The translations under genes were made by a program, and so were the position numbers. The notes beneath the pieces are model-generated. The model did no database searches and had not been told where the DNA came from. It saw only the letters and a list, made by a program, of their open reading frames with translations. Positions 46,932 to 55,012 of a DNA stretch of 64,000 bases are shown one piece after another. The DNA comes from Fidelibacterota bacterium (lineage in GTDB: Bacteria; Fidelibacterota; Marinisomatia; Marinisomatales; UBA1611), in contig JBJKZY010000046.1 of assembly GCA_045568995.1 (NCBI GenBank), positions 1,575 through 65,574 of the forward strand. Direction: 5' to 3'. How positions within the stretch are numbered: the first letter of the stretch is position 1; every line of letters starts with the position of its first letter.

Positions 46932-48875
46932 ATGACAAAAATACTCTGGAGACCCAAAAATATTCACAGCACCCATATGATGAAATTCATGGATCGTATA
47001 AATAATGTTTATGATTTACATCTCAAGTCTTATCAAGACCTACACAATTGGTCCATTAAAAATATCCCTGATTTTTGGAAAGAGGTTTGGAATCAATCAG
47101 AAATAATTCATTCAAATACATACACAGATATAGTTGACGACGCGAATAAAATACCTGGTGCTAAATGGTTTTCAGGATCACGATTAAATTTCGCTGAAAA
47201 TTTATTACGCTATCGCAATGATCATATTGCAATCTATGCTAAAGCTGAGAACCTTCCATTGAGAAGTATTACATACAATGAACTCTTTAACAAGGTAGAA
47301 GCACTTGCACATTCATTGAAATCTTTAGGCATAAAAGAAGGTGATCGTGTTGCTGGCTTTATCCCTAATATTCCTGAAGCTGTGATCGCAATGCTTGCGA
47401 CAAGTGCAATCGGAGCCATCTGGAGTTCTGCCTCTCCGGATTTTGGTGTAAAGGGAGTATTAGACAGGTTCAAACAAATAGAACCAAAAATAGTTTTTGC
47501 ATCTGATGGCTATTACTATAATGGTAAAGAATTTGACTCTTTAGAAAAATTAAATAATATATTAAAAGATCTTCCTTCAGTTGAAAAAACTATAATCATA
47601 AATCAAATAAATAATCAAAAAAGTACTGGGCTTTCTTTTGATTTTGTTAATTTTGATGAATTTCTAAGTAAATCTCCAGACAAACTTCATTTTACTCAAC
47701 TTCCTTTTGATCATCCACTTTATATAATGTACTCTTCAGGGACAACCGGACTTCCAAAATCTATTGTCCACTCTTCAGGAGGTACACTTATCCAGCATTG
47801 GAAAGAATTACGCCTGCATTGCAATTTAAGCAAAGAGGATACGATTTTTTACTTTACAACATGTGGTTGGATGATGTGGAATTGGCTTATTTCTGCTTTG
47901 TCTATTGGATCCTCAATCGTTTTATTTGATGGTGGTCCCTTTTATCCAGATAATAAAAAATTATGGGAGATAGCAGAACAATTAAAAATTACTATTTTTG
48001 GAACAAGCGCAAAATATATTGACTCCTGTAAAGAATCTGGATTAAAACCAAAAGACGTATTCAATCTTTCAAAGCTAAAGACTATCCTTTCCACGGGATC
48101 TCCATTGTCAAACGAAAATTTTAGATATGTTTATGAAAATATAAAATCTAATGTCTTGTTAGGATCAATTTCAGGAGGTACAGATATTATATCTTGCTTT
48201 GCCTTGGCAAATCCAATTTTACCTGTTGAAGAAGGCGAATTACAATCTATTGGGCTAGGAATGGATGTTCATGCTTTTGATGAAAATGGGCAACAATTTC
48301 TCAATCAGAAAGGAGAATTGGTTTGCACTTCAATATTTCCTTCAATGCCAATTTATTTCTGGAACGATCCTGATCACCAAAAATATCAGAATGCTTATTT
48401 CAATAAATTTGAAAAAGTTTGGTATCATGGGGATTATATCAGAATATCAAAAAATGGTAGTATGAAAATTTATGGCAGAAGCGATGCCACACTTAATCCT
48501 GGAGGAGTCAGAATTGGGACAGCAGAAATTTATCGAGTCATTGAAAAAATAGATGGGATATCAGATAGCCTTGTTGTTGGCCAATCATGGAAAGGGGATC
48601 AACGAATTATACTATTTTTAAAAATGAATAAAAATCATGTTTTTAATAAAAGAATAGTAGAAGAAGTAAAACAAATGATCAAAAACAGCTGTTCACCTAG
48701 ACATATCCCCGAGATCATATTAGAAACAAACGGAATACCATATACGATGAATGGAAAAAAAATAGAAATAGCTGTAAAAGAGATTATTGATGGCAAAAAA
48801 GTTGATAATATTGATTCTATTCAGAACCCTGAAGTACTTAACTATTACAAAAATATTTCTGAGCTAAGTGCTTAA
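46932..48875 (+). CDS. aacS: Acetoacetyl-CoA synthetase
   Basis: 647 aa; N-terminal LWRPKN..KFM..SYQDLHNWSI..DFWKEVW typical of AacS; AMP-binding motif YSSGTTGLPKSIVHS. Confidence 0.8.
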   Translation: MTKILWRPKNIHSTHMMKFMDRINNVYDLHLKSYQDLHNWSIKNIPDFWKEVWNQSEIIHSNTYTDIVDDANKIPGAKWFSGSRLNFAENLLRYRNDHIAIYAKAENLPLRSITYNELFNKVEALAHSLKSLGIKEGDRVAGFIPNIPEAVIAMLATSAIGAIWSSASPDFGVKGVLDRFKQIEPKIVFASDGYYYNGKEFDSLEKLNNILKDLPSVEKTIIINQINNQKSTGLSFDFVNFDEFLSKSPDKLHFTQLPFDHPLYIMYSSGTTGLPKSIVHSSGGTLIQHWKELRLHCNLSKEDTIFYFTTCGWMMWNWLISALSIGSSIVLFDGGPFYPDNKKLWEIAEQLKITIFGTSAKYIDSCKESGLKPKDVFNLSKLKTILSTGSPLSNENFRYVYENIKSNVLLGSISGGTDIISCFALANPILPVEEGELQSIGLGMDVHAFDENGQQFLNQKGELVCTSIFPSMPIYFWNDPDHQKYQNAYFNKFEKVWYHGDYIRISKNGSMKIYGRSDATLNPGGVRIGTAEIYRVIEKIDGISDSLVVGQSWKGDQRIILFLKMNKNHVFNKRIVEEVKQMIKNSCSPRHIPEIILETNGIPYTMNGKKIEIAVKEIIDGKKVDNIDSIQNPEVLNYYKNISELSA

Positions 48876-49873
48876 TCTAAACTATATAATTTACCTAATA
48901 AATCTGCCACTCTGTTTGAATAACCCCACTCATTATCATACCAATTAAGTGTCTTTACAAAATTACCATCGATCACGCGTGTAAAGGGTGCATCGAAAAT
49001 AGATGAATGTGGGTTTCCAATAATATCTGTTGAAACTACAGGCATGGTCGAATATTCCAAAACATTTTTTAAAGTCCCAGATTCTGCAGAGCTGTATACA
49101 GCATCATTTATCTGATCTACTGTGACATCTTTTTCTAGACGAACGTTGAAGTCTACTACAGATCCATCTGGTACAGGAACACGCATTGCAATGCCATCAA
49201 GCTTCCCATTTAATTCAGGTAAAACTTTTCCAACAGCTCTTGCAGCACCTGTTGTTGTTGGTATAACATTCTCAGCAGCAGCTCTACTTCTTCTCCAATC
49301 GGAGTGAGGAACATCAGCAAGTCTTTGGTCATTGGTATATGCATGAATAGTATTGATCACGCCAAGTTCAATTCCAAATGCATCATTTAAAACTTTTGCC
49401 ATAGGAGCTAAACAATTTGTAGTACAGGAAGCATTCGACACAATTTTATGCTCAGGCAATAAACCATCATCATTAACACCTAAAACAACTGTGTAGTCTA
49501 TTTCATCTTTTGCGGGAACTGTAAGAACTACTCTTTTCGCTCCAGCCTTGAGATGATTCTCAAGCTGCGATTTTTGACGAAAAATTCCTGTTGATTCAAT
49601 AACTATATCTACTCCCATATCTCCCCATGGCAGAGAAGCTGGATCTCGCTCCGCTAAGAGCTTAACAGATTGACTATTTGTTTTTAATATATCCCCATCG
49701 AGGGTCACCTCTCCTGGGAATCGACCCATTACTGTATCATATTTAAGTAGATAGGTGAGAGCCTCTTTATCAAAAATATCATTGATTGCGACAAGATTAA
49801 CATCTTCTTTAGAGTCCAAAATTCGAAAAACTGAACGTCCTATTCTTCCAAAACCATTTATAGCTATATTCAT
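48872..49873 (-). CDS. gap: Glyceraldehyde-3-phosphate dehydrogenase, canonical type I
   Basis: 333 aa; INGFGRIGR, SNASCTTNCLAP (catalytic Cys), TIHAYTNDQ, RRSRAAAENVIP, TGAARAVGKVLPEL, MRVPVP, WYDNEWGYS. Confidence 0.95.
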   Translation of the reverse strand: MNIAINGFGRIGRSVFRILDSKEDVNLVAINDIFDKEALTYLLKYDTVMGRFPGEVTLDGDILKTNSQSVKLLAERDPASLPWGDMGVDIVIESTGIFRQKSQLENHLKAGAKRVVLTVPAKDEIDYTVVLGVNDDGLLPEHKIVSNASCTTNCLAPMAKVLNDAFGIELGVINTIHAYTNDQRLADVPHSDWRRSRAAAENVIPTTTGAARAVGKVLPELNGKLDGIAMRVPVPDGSVVDFNVRLEKDVTVDQINDAVYSSAESGTLKNVLEYSTMPVVSTDIIGNPHSSIFDAPFTRVIDGNFVKTLNWYDNEWGYSNRVADLLGKLYSLD

Positions 49874-50889
49874 GATGTCTCCTCTAATTTTGCATATGCA
49901 TCCACTACTTCAAGAATTCTTTTTGAAAATCCCCACCCATTATCATACCAGCAAAGTGTTTTTAATAAAGCGTCCTTAGTAATCATCGTTGCTTTTTCAT
50001 CAAAAACCATCGTCTCCTCTCTACCACTAACATCACTTGAGACTATTGGATCAGAAGTATAACCAACAATTCCATTTAATTTATTTTCCGAGAATTCTTT
50101 AATGGCTTTGTTTGCCTGTTCAACTGTTGGTGTTCGCTCTAGCTCTGTAGTTAAATCCACACAAGAACCATTTGGAACAGGCACATTAAAAGCAATGCCA
50201 TCAATCTTATCTTTATACTCAGGCATAATTTTCTCCACAAGGTCTGGAGACTGCGTACTATTTGGGATAATATTTTCAACAGCTGATCTACTTCTTCTTA
50301 AATCTGCCCCGGCTACATCTGCCAATGGCTGATCTGCAGTGTAAGCATGAACCGTGGTCATCATTGCCCTCTTTAATCCAAATGCCTCATCAAGCATTTT
50401 AACCATAAGAGCAAGCACCTGGGTCGTAGAGGATGTAGTAGAAATAATTTTATCCGACAATAAAATACTTGATTCATTTAAACCTGGAATCACATACCTA
50501 TCAATTTCATTTTTTGGATTCCTTGTAAGGAAAACTCTCTTTGCTCCTGATTCAAGATGGGGTACTAGTTTTTCTCGAGTTAAAAATCTACCCGTAGCAT
50601 CAATCACTACATCTGCCTGCAAGGCATCCCAAGGAATAGTACCAGGATCTCCGCCACTAATCACCCTTACACGCTGATCTTTTACCTTTAGATAGTTTCC
50701 ATCTAATTCAACAGGATCTTCCATAGCACCATGGATAGAATCTCTTGCTAATAAATATTGAAGGGTTTCTGCGGATCCAAAGTCACTTATTGCTACAAAA
50801 TTATAATTTGGGTTATCGTATCCTAGCCTAAAAAGATTTCTTCCAATTCTTCCAAAACCATACAATGCTATGTTTATTTTTTTTGTCAT
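49870..50889 (-). CDS. GAPDH paralog lacking the catalytic cysteine
   Basis: 339 aa; YGFGRIGR retained, but SNASCTTNCLAP is replaced by STTSSTTQVLAL (Cys->Ser, codon TCT at 50428..50430). MRVP becomes FNVP (Arg->Asn) and STGAAKAVGKV becomes STQSPDLVEKI. TVHAYTADQ and RRSRSAVENIIP are retained. ATGA overlap with canonical gap. Confidence 0.85.
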   Translation of the reverse strand: MTKKINIALYGFGRIGRNLFRLGYDNPNYNFVAISDFGSAETLQYLLARDSIHGAMEDPVELDGNYLKVKDQRVRVISGGDPGTIPWDALQADVVIDATGRFLTREKLVPHLESGAKRVFLTRNPKNEIDRYVIPGLNESSILLSDKIISTTSSTTQVLALMVKMLDEAFGLKRAMMTTVHAYTADQPLADVAGADLRRSRSAVENIIPNSTQSPDLVEKIMPEYKDKIDGIAFNVPVPNGSCVDLTTELERTPTVEQANKAIKEFSENKLNGIVGYTSDPIVSSDVSGREETMVFDEKATMITKDALLKTLCWYDNGWGFSKRILEVVDAYAKLEETS

Positions 50890-51009
50890 ACCGAAATTTC
50901 TTTTAATTATTAAAAAATGAAGAGCAAATATTACTAATTATATCTACACAAAAATAGGTTCAAATACTTAAAATGGATATTATAACAGATCTATTCAAAA
51001 TATCATTTT

Positions 51010-51873
51010 TTAATTAACCCATTTCTCATGTTTAACCCAGTCTATTTCCATTTCCCATCCACCATCTGTGTAGTCATTACTAATTTTAGCATAATTTAAA
51101 ATAGCAAACATAGGTTCACGTAGTTTTTCAGCAATACCAATATTTCTACCAACTTCTATACCATTTAAACGAAAGACTAAATCGTTTTCTGTCCATTCAA
51201 CAGAATATTCATTATACTCAGTTAATTTTGATGATAGATTTACCTGATTAGTCCACCAATCTCCTCCATCATCACATGTACCTAATGGCAAAATACTACG
51301 ACCAACATATCCAGTTTGGCCTCCGTGTTGGCCATGATGCTCCATTATATCAATTTCACCAGAACCAGGTAATGGCCAGCAAATGTTTTCATCTGGCTCT
51401 TGGATAGGAGGCTCATTGTTACGGGCACCTAATATCCACCAAGCGGGGAACATCCCAACTTCACCTGCATTATTCAGTTTTATCTTTGCTGTCCAACGCC
51501 CTCCAGTAAATTCTTGAAGATTCTTAGATGCTAAGCGTCCCGAAACATAGCGTGTATCAGGATGATACTCTCCAAATTTAGAAACATTGCTTGAGCAAGG
51601 CCTTTCATGTTCTAATTTGATAAGTCTTAACTTTAAAGAACCATTGCTAACTTCACGGGTTTTGTATTCGCCTTCCCTTACATAGCATTGATCTTCGTTA
51701 TTTACCCAAAGTAATTGATCTTGCCAATTTTTATCATTAAAAAATTCAAACTCATCTATAAAGTCAATTACCCATCCTTTTTTTTTAATATTTTGTTTAG
51801 ATTTTTCTGTACATGAAAAAAAAGCCATACCTAAAGCTAATAAAGTAATTATTATGAAATTTACATTTTGCAT
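51010..51873 (-). CDS. Glycoside hydrolase family 16 (laminarinase/beta-glucanase-like) lipoprotein
   Basis: 287 aa; signal plus Cys (GMAFFSC); catalytic GEIDIMEH (ExDxxE). Confidence 0.85.
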   Translation of the reverse strand: MQNVNFIIITLLALGMAFFSCTEKSKQNIKKKGWVIDFIDEFEFFNDKNWQDQLLWVNNEDQCYVREGEYKTREVSNGSLKLRLIKLEHERPCSSNVSKFGEYHPDTRYVSGRLASKNLQEFTGGRWTAKIKLNNAGEVGMFPAWWILGARNNEPPIQEPDENICWPLPGSGEIDIMEHHGQHGGQTGYVGRSILPLGTCDDGGDWWTNQVNLSSKLTEYNEYSVEWTENDLVFRLNGIEVGRNIGIAEKLREPMFAILNYAKISNDYTDGGWEMEIDWVKHEKWVN

Positions 51874-51891
51874 TTTAAGATGATTTACTAT

Positions 51892-52245
51892 TTATTTTTT
51901 ACCAGTCTGAGTATATCCTACCGCACCATATCGATCACTTAGTACAATGACTCCATCCATATCTCTATTGGAACCAATATAGGCTGTTGGTTCTTCGTAT
52001 TTATTATAGGTTTGTACATAACCATTAGCATCTTTACCCGTACCTAGATAAAGTGTGCGCTTTTGATCTTGATTATAAGCAGTAATAAATCCCCCATGCC
52101 CATCATCTTTAATGGTAATTGAATTCACAACAATGTCACCAAAATTTTTATTGTCTGATTCTAAATCATCTGCTGCAATTAACACAAAAATCAGACACGA
52201 TCCTAAGAATCCTATTAAAACACTTTTTATATCAATTTGGTTCAT
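51892..52245 (-). CDS. Hypothetical membrane-anchored protein
   Basis: 117 aa; one N-terminal TM; no recognised domain. Confidence 0.5.
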   Translation of the reverse strand: MNQIDIKSVLIGFLGSCLIFVLIAADDLESDNKNFGDIVVNSITIKDDGHGGFITAYNQDQKRTLYLGTGKDANGYVQTYNKYEEPTAYIGSNRDMDGVIVLSDRYGAVGYTQTGKK

Positions 52246-52289
52246 ATTCTTCTCCTATTTAAATAATTTTTTTAAAAAACATCTCAAAC

Positions 52290-52556
52290 TTATTCTTCTT
52301 CGGCTAAGGCATCCATTTTTTCAAGAAAATCACTCATTTTTTGAATATTCTTATCACCACTTATTTTGGATGTTTGAGGATCAGTGTGCCATTCTTTTTT
52401 TGCATAAAGAATTTTTGAAACTAATATTACAGTATATAATAGCAGTAAAATAATATATCCTGTAACATGAGCAAAGTTATCTCGATCTAGAAATATCAAT
52501 AAGAAAAACAGTATTACCGGCATCCATTTTATTAATATTTGAAGAACTCGAAACAT
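52290..52556 (-). CDS. Hypothetical 2-TM membrane protein
   Basis: 88 aa; two hydrophobic helices, acidic C-terminus. Confidence 0.45.
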   Translation of the reverse strand: MFRVLQILIKWMPVILFFLLIFLDRDNFAHVTGYIILLLLYTVILVSKILYAKKEWHTDPQTSKISGDKNIQKMSDFLEKMDALAEEE

Positions 52557-52560
52557 ATAA

Positions 52561-53337
52561 CTAGTCTAAGACTTGCTCAATAAATTTCAACATTTTTTTT
52601 TGCTTGGATAGATAACCTAATCTTGTTTCGACATTTAGATATCTAACATTTCTTCTTAACGCTTCCCATGATAGACTTCCATCATCATTTTCTGGTAATT
52701 TATTTTGTAATACTACATTAAAAGGGCCAGAACTTAATTTTTCATAATCATTTGCATCTGTGCATATAATAAAGTCCCTTGGGTTTTCAGTTTTTTTAAT
52801 GGATACCTTTTGACTTTTACTTTTTTCTTTGTGAACGTTATAACCACGAAAATTATTATGCAATGAAATGAGGTAACCAGATTCTGCAGGCATAAGGATA
52901 TCCAAGAAATCCTCTCTTTCTCTATCTAAGATATCCAAAGCCTTTTTTAAGTTGCCTGGAGGCCAATCTGGTTTAAATTTTCTCAAGGCATGGTAAGAAC
53001 CTTTTCTAGAAAAAATTCTATTTGGGTCTATTATGGTTGATTGGAAAGGTACCTCACGAGTTTCACTATCAATAAAAAATGCTATCCCTTGATATTTTTT
53101 TATATGGTACTCCAAAGCCATCTTAGCAGTTTGTTCATCTCCATGCAACCATATGTAACGATTAGATGAATTACCATTTGAAATAATATCAAATTTTGCT
53201 TTCGCAAAAGAAATATAGGAATGTGGAAAAGAAACATTCTTAGTTTCTCCTGCAAAAACAAAAGAGAGAATATGTATGATTATAGTTTTATTTAAGAAGG
53301 ATTGCCTTCTGAGTATCATAAGATTGCTTTGATTCAA
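52561..53337 (-). CDS. Hypothetical protein with M14-carboxypeptidase-like metal motifs (tentative)
   Basis: 258 aa; WLHGDEQTA (HxxE), IIDPNRIFS (resembles DxNRNF), LISLHNN (third His). Order and spacing resemble a minimal M14/MpaA-like fold. The 5' end overlaps the upstream gene. Confidence 0.35.
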   Translation of the reverse strand: MNQSNLMILRRQSFLNKTIIIHILSFVFAGETKNVSFPHSYISFAKAKFDIISNGNSSNRYIWLHGDEQTAKMALEYHIKKYQGIAFFIDSETREVPFQSTIIDPNRIFSRKGSYHALRKFKPDWPPGNLKKALDILDREREDFLDILMPAESGYLISLHNNFRGYNVHKEKSKSQKVSIKKTENPRDFIICTDANDYEKLSSGPFNVVLQNKLPENDDGSLSWEALRRNVRYLNVETRLGYLSKQKKMLKFIEQVLD

Positions 53338-54826
53338 CTTTTATAAAATAAATTCCGCTCGGTAATTTTCGAGCATCCCATATGAAAACATGGTTCCCAA
53401 TTTCAAGAAATGTATTCCATTTTTCAACCAATTTACCCTGCAAATCATGAACTGTTAAATCAATAAAACTAGGATCATTAATAGAAATTGAAATATTAGT
53501 AATAGGGTTAAATGGATTAGGATAATTAGGACTCAAATGAAAGCTACTCAGTGGAATTACTGGATCAATTTTAGTAAAATCAATATCATGACAACTATCT
53601 AAATCCCAAGCATTCAAAGGGTATACTTCAAATGAGTCTGGAGGGCATTCTTCAAAATAATTATGATGTGCATAAATTTGGTCCAAAATCAATGAATCTG
53701 CTGGAAAATTTTTATACAGATCCTCTCCTATATCTGCATAATTATCATAGAAAATATTTCCAATTGTGACAGAACCTCCAAGGATAGGCCAAGAAAGAGA
53801 GTCCACATAAATACCACCACCGAAATAACAGATACAATCACAATCCCCTTGGACAGTATTATCAAAAATTTCATTTCCAAATATATGAGGATAAGATGTG
53901 CCTATAATTGCAATTCCGCCTCCGCCTCCACCACAGGAACCTGCGATGTTGTTATGTATAATATTACGATCAATGGTAGGACTAGAATCTTCAATCAATA
54001 TTCCTCCACCATAATTTTGGCTATATCCATTTTGAATTTCAAACCCTAACAATATAGATGATTGATCCTGCCCATTATTTATTGTGACAACGCTACCTTG
54101 CCCTCCTCCATCCAGCACTACAGGTCCTGAAGTATTATCTTCATATCCACTATAAGGAAGAGCAACCAAAGAAATATTTTTATCTAAAAAATTAATATGT
54201 TCATAATAAACCCCTGGGTCTACTAATATTATATCACCATCGCTTGCATTCTCTATTGCATTTTGAATTACTATAAAATCTTCACTCACTCTCAAAACAT
54301 TAGGCCCATTATTTGCTCTAAAGTCTAGAATCAAATTTATGAAATAACTATAATCCTCAGGATTTTCTGGATCCAAAGTGGTTATGTTAAATTGATAAAT
54401 CAATTCGCCTTGTCTATCCAAAAAATATGTACTTCGCTGTACTGCTTCATAATCTTCCCATACAGGATAGCCTTCTTCTTCTATATCCTCTACCCATGGT
54501 AATATATTTTGATCAATCATGCCATCCAGACTACTATTATATGCATCTTTTCCTACCCCAACCATATTCACATCTTCTATGCCAATGGCAAGTAAGTCAT
54601 TATAAACTAGGTTTAGAAAATCGAACCGACTTCTACAAGCGCTTCAATATTCATGTCCAAAAAATATAATACTGATTTCACCTAAAAAATCGTCTGGCCC
54701 AATTACCTGTCCATAGAATTCGGAATTTGGATTTAAGTCTTCTAATTCAAAGTTGCTTTGAGAAAAAAGAGATTTAACGAAAAAAAATATAAGGAGGGGG
54801 AAAAACTTACTCATCCTGATCTTCAT
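53288..54826 (-). CDS. Candidate selenoprotein: signal peptide + thioredoxin-fold U-x-x-C domain + right-handed beta-helix + T9SS-type C-terminal sorting domain (in-frame TGA at 54644..54646)
   Basis: Track ORFs 54644..54826 and 53288..54571 are in the same frame. My translation across the gap reads ..GEISIIFFGHEY-TGA-SACRSRFDFLNLVYNDLLAIGIEDVNMVGVGKDAY.. with no other stop. Beta-helix repeats (NNIAGSCGGGGGGIAI, YFGGGIYV). C-terminus YPNPFNPITNISISI..SGIYFIKVES..QKAILLK. The start may be 54814 (MSKFFPLL). Confidence 0.6.
54614..54635 (-). promoter_or_regulatory. SECIS-like hairpin 9 nt downstream of the in-frame UGA
   Basis: RNA UAGAAGUCGGUUCGAUUUUCUA: stem U-A, A-U, G-C, A-U, A-U, G.U, (bulged U), U-A, C-G; apical loop GGUUC beginning 16 nt after the UGA. 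Confidence 0.45.
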
Positions 54827-54908
54827 TCATCCTATACCAAAGCGCGAGCAATAATGACCCAACCACAAAGACAACCATGACTATAAATATTATTAATTTT
54901 AAATTCAA
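54807..54908 (-). CDS. Small single-TM ORF (33 aa) overlapping the start of the candidate selenoprotein gene
   Basis: TTG start preceded by AGAGGA with a 7-nt spacer. Product (M)NLKLIIFIVMVVFVVGSLLLALWYRMNEDQDE. Its TAA lies 2 nt after the ATG at 54814. Not in the track (<60 aa). Confidence 0.3.
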   Translation of the reverse strand: MNLKLIIFIVMVVFVVGSLLLALWYRMNEDQDE

Positions 54909-55012
54909 AATAAAGTCCTCTAAAAAATAGTAATTATAAAATTAATTTATAATTCCAAAAATGTTACATCTCATTCAAGAATACCACATAAAAATTACGA
55001 AGATTTAAAACT

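Noticed and set aside
48872-48875. Convergent genes aacS and gap share overlapping stop codons (TTAA), leaving no room for a terminator.
   Set aside because: This is a real observation, but it is a common consequence of genome streamlining with no specific functional implication.
54572-54646. The gap between the two track ORFs could mean a pseudogene (nonsense mutation), a frameshift, or two separate genes.
   Set aside because: There is no frame change and only one stop. That stop sits precisely on the redox Cys position of a CxxC motif and is followed by a SECIS-like hairpin. The upstream piece alone (60 aa) would be a signal peptide plus one beta-strand. The pseudogene reading is kept only as the refutation scenario.
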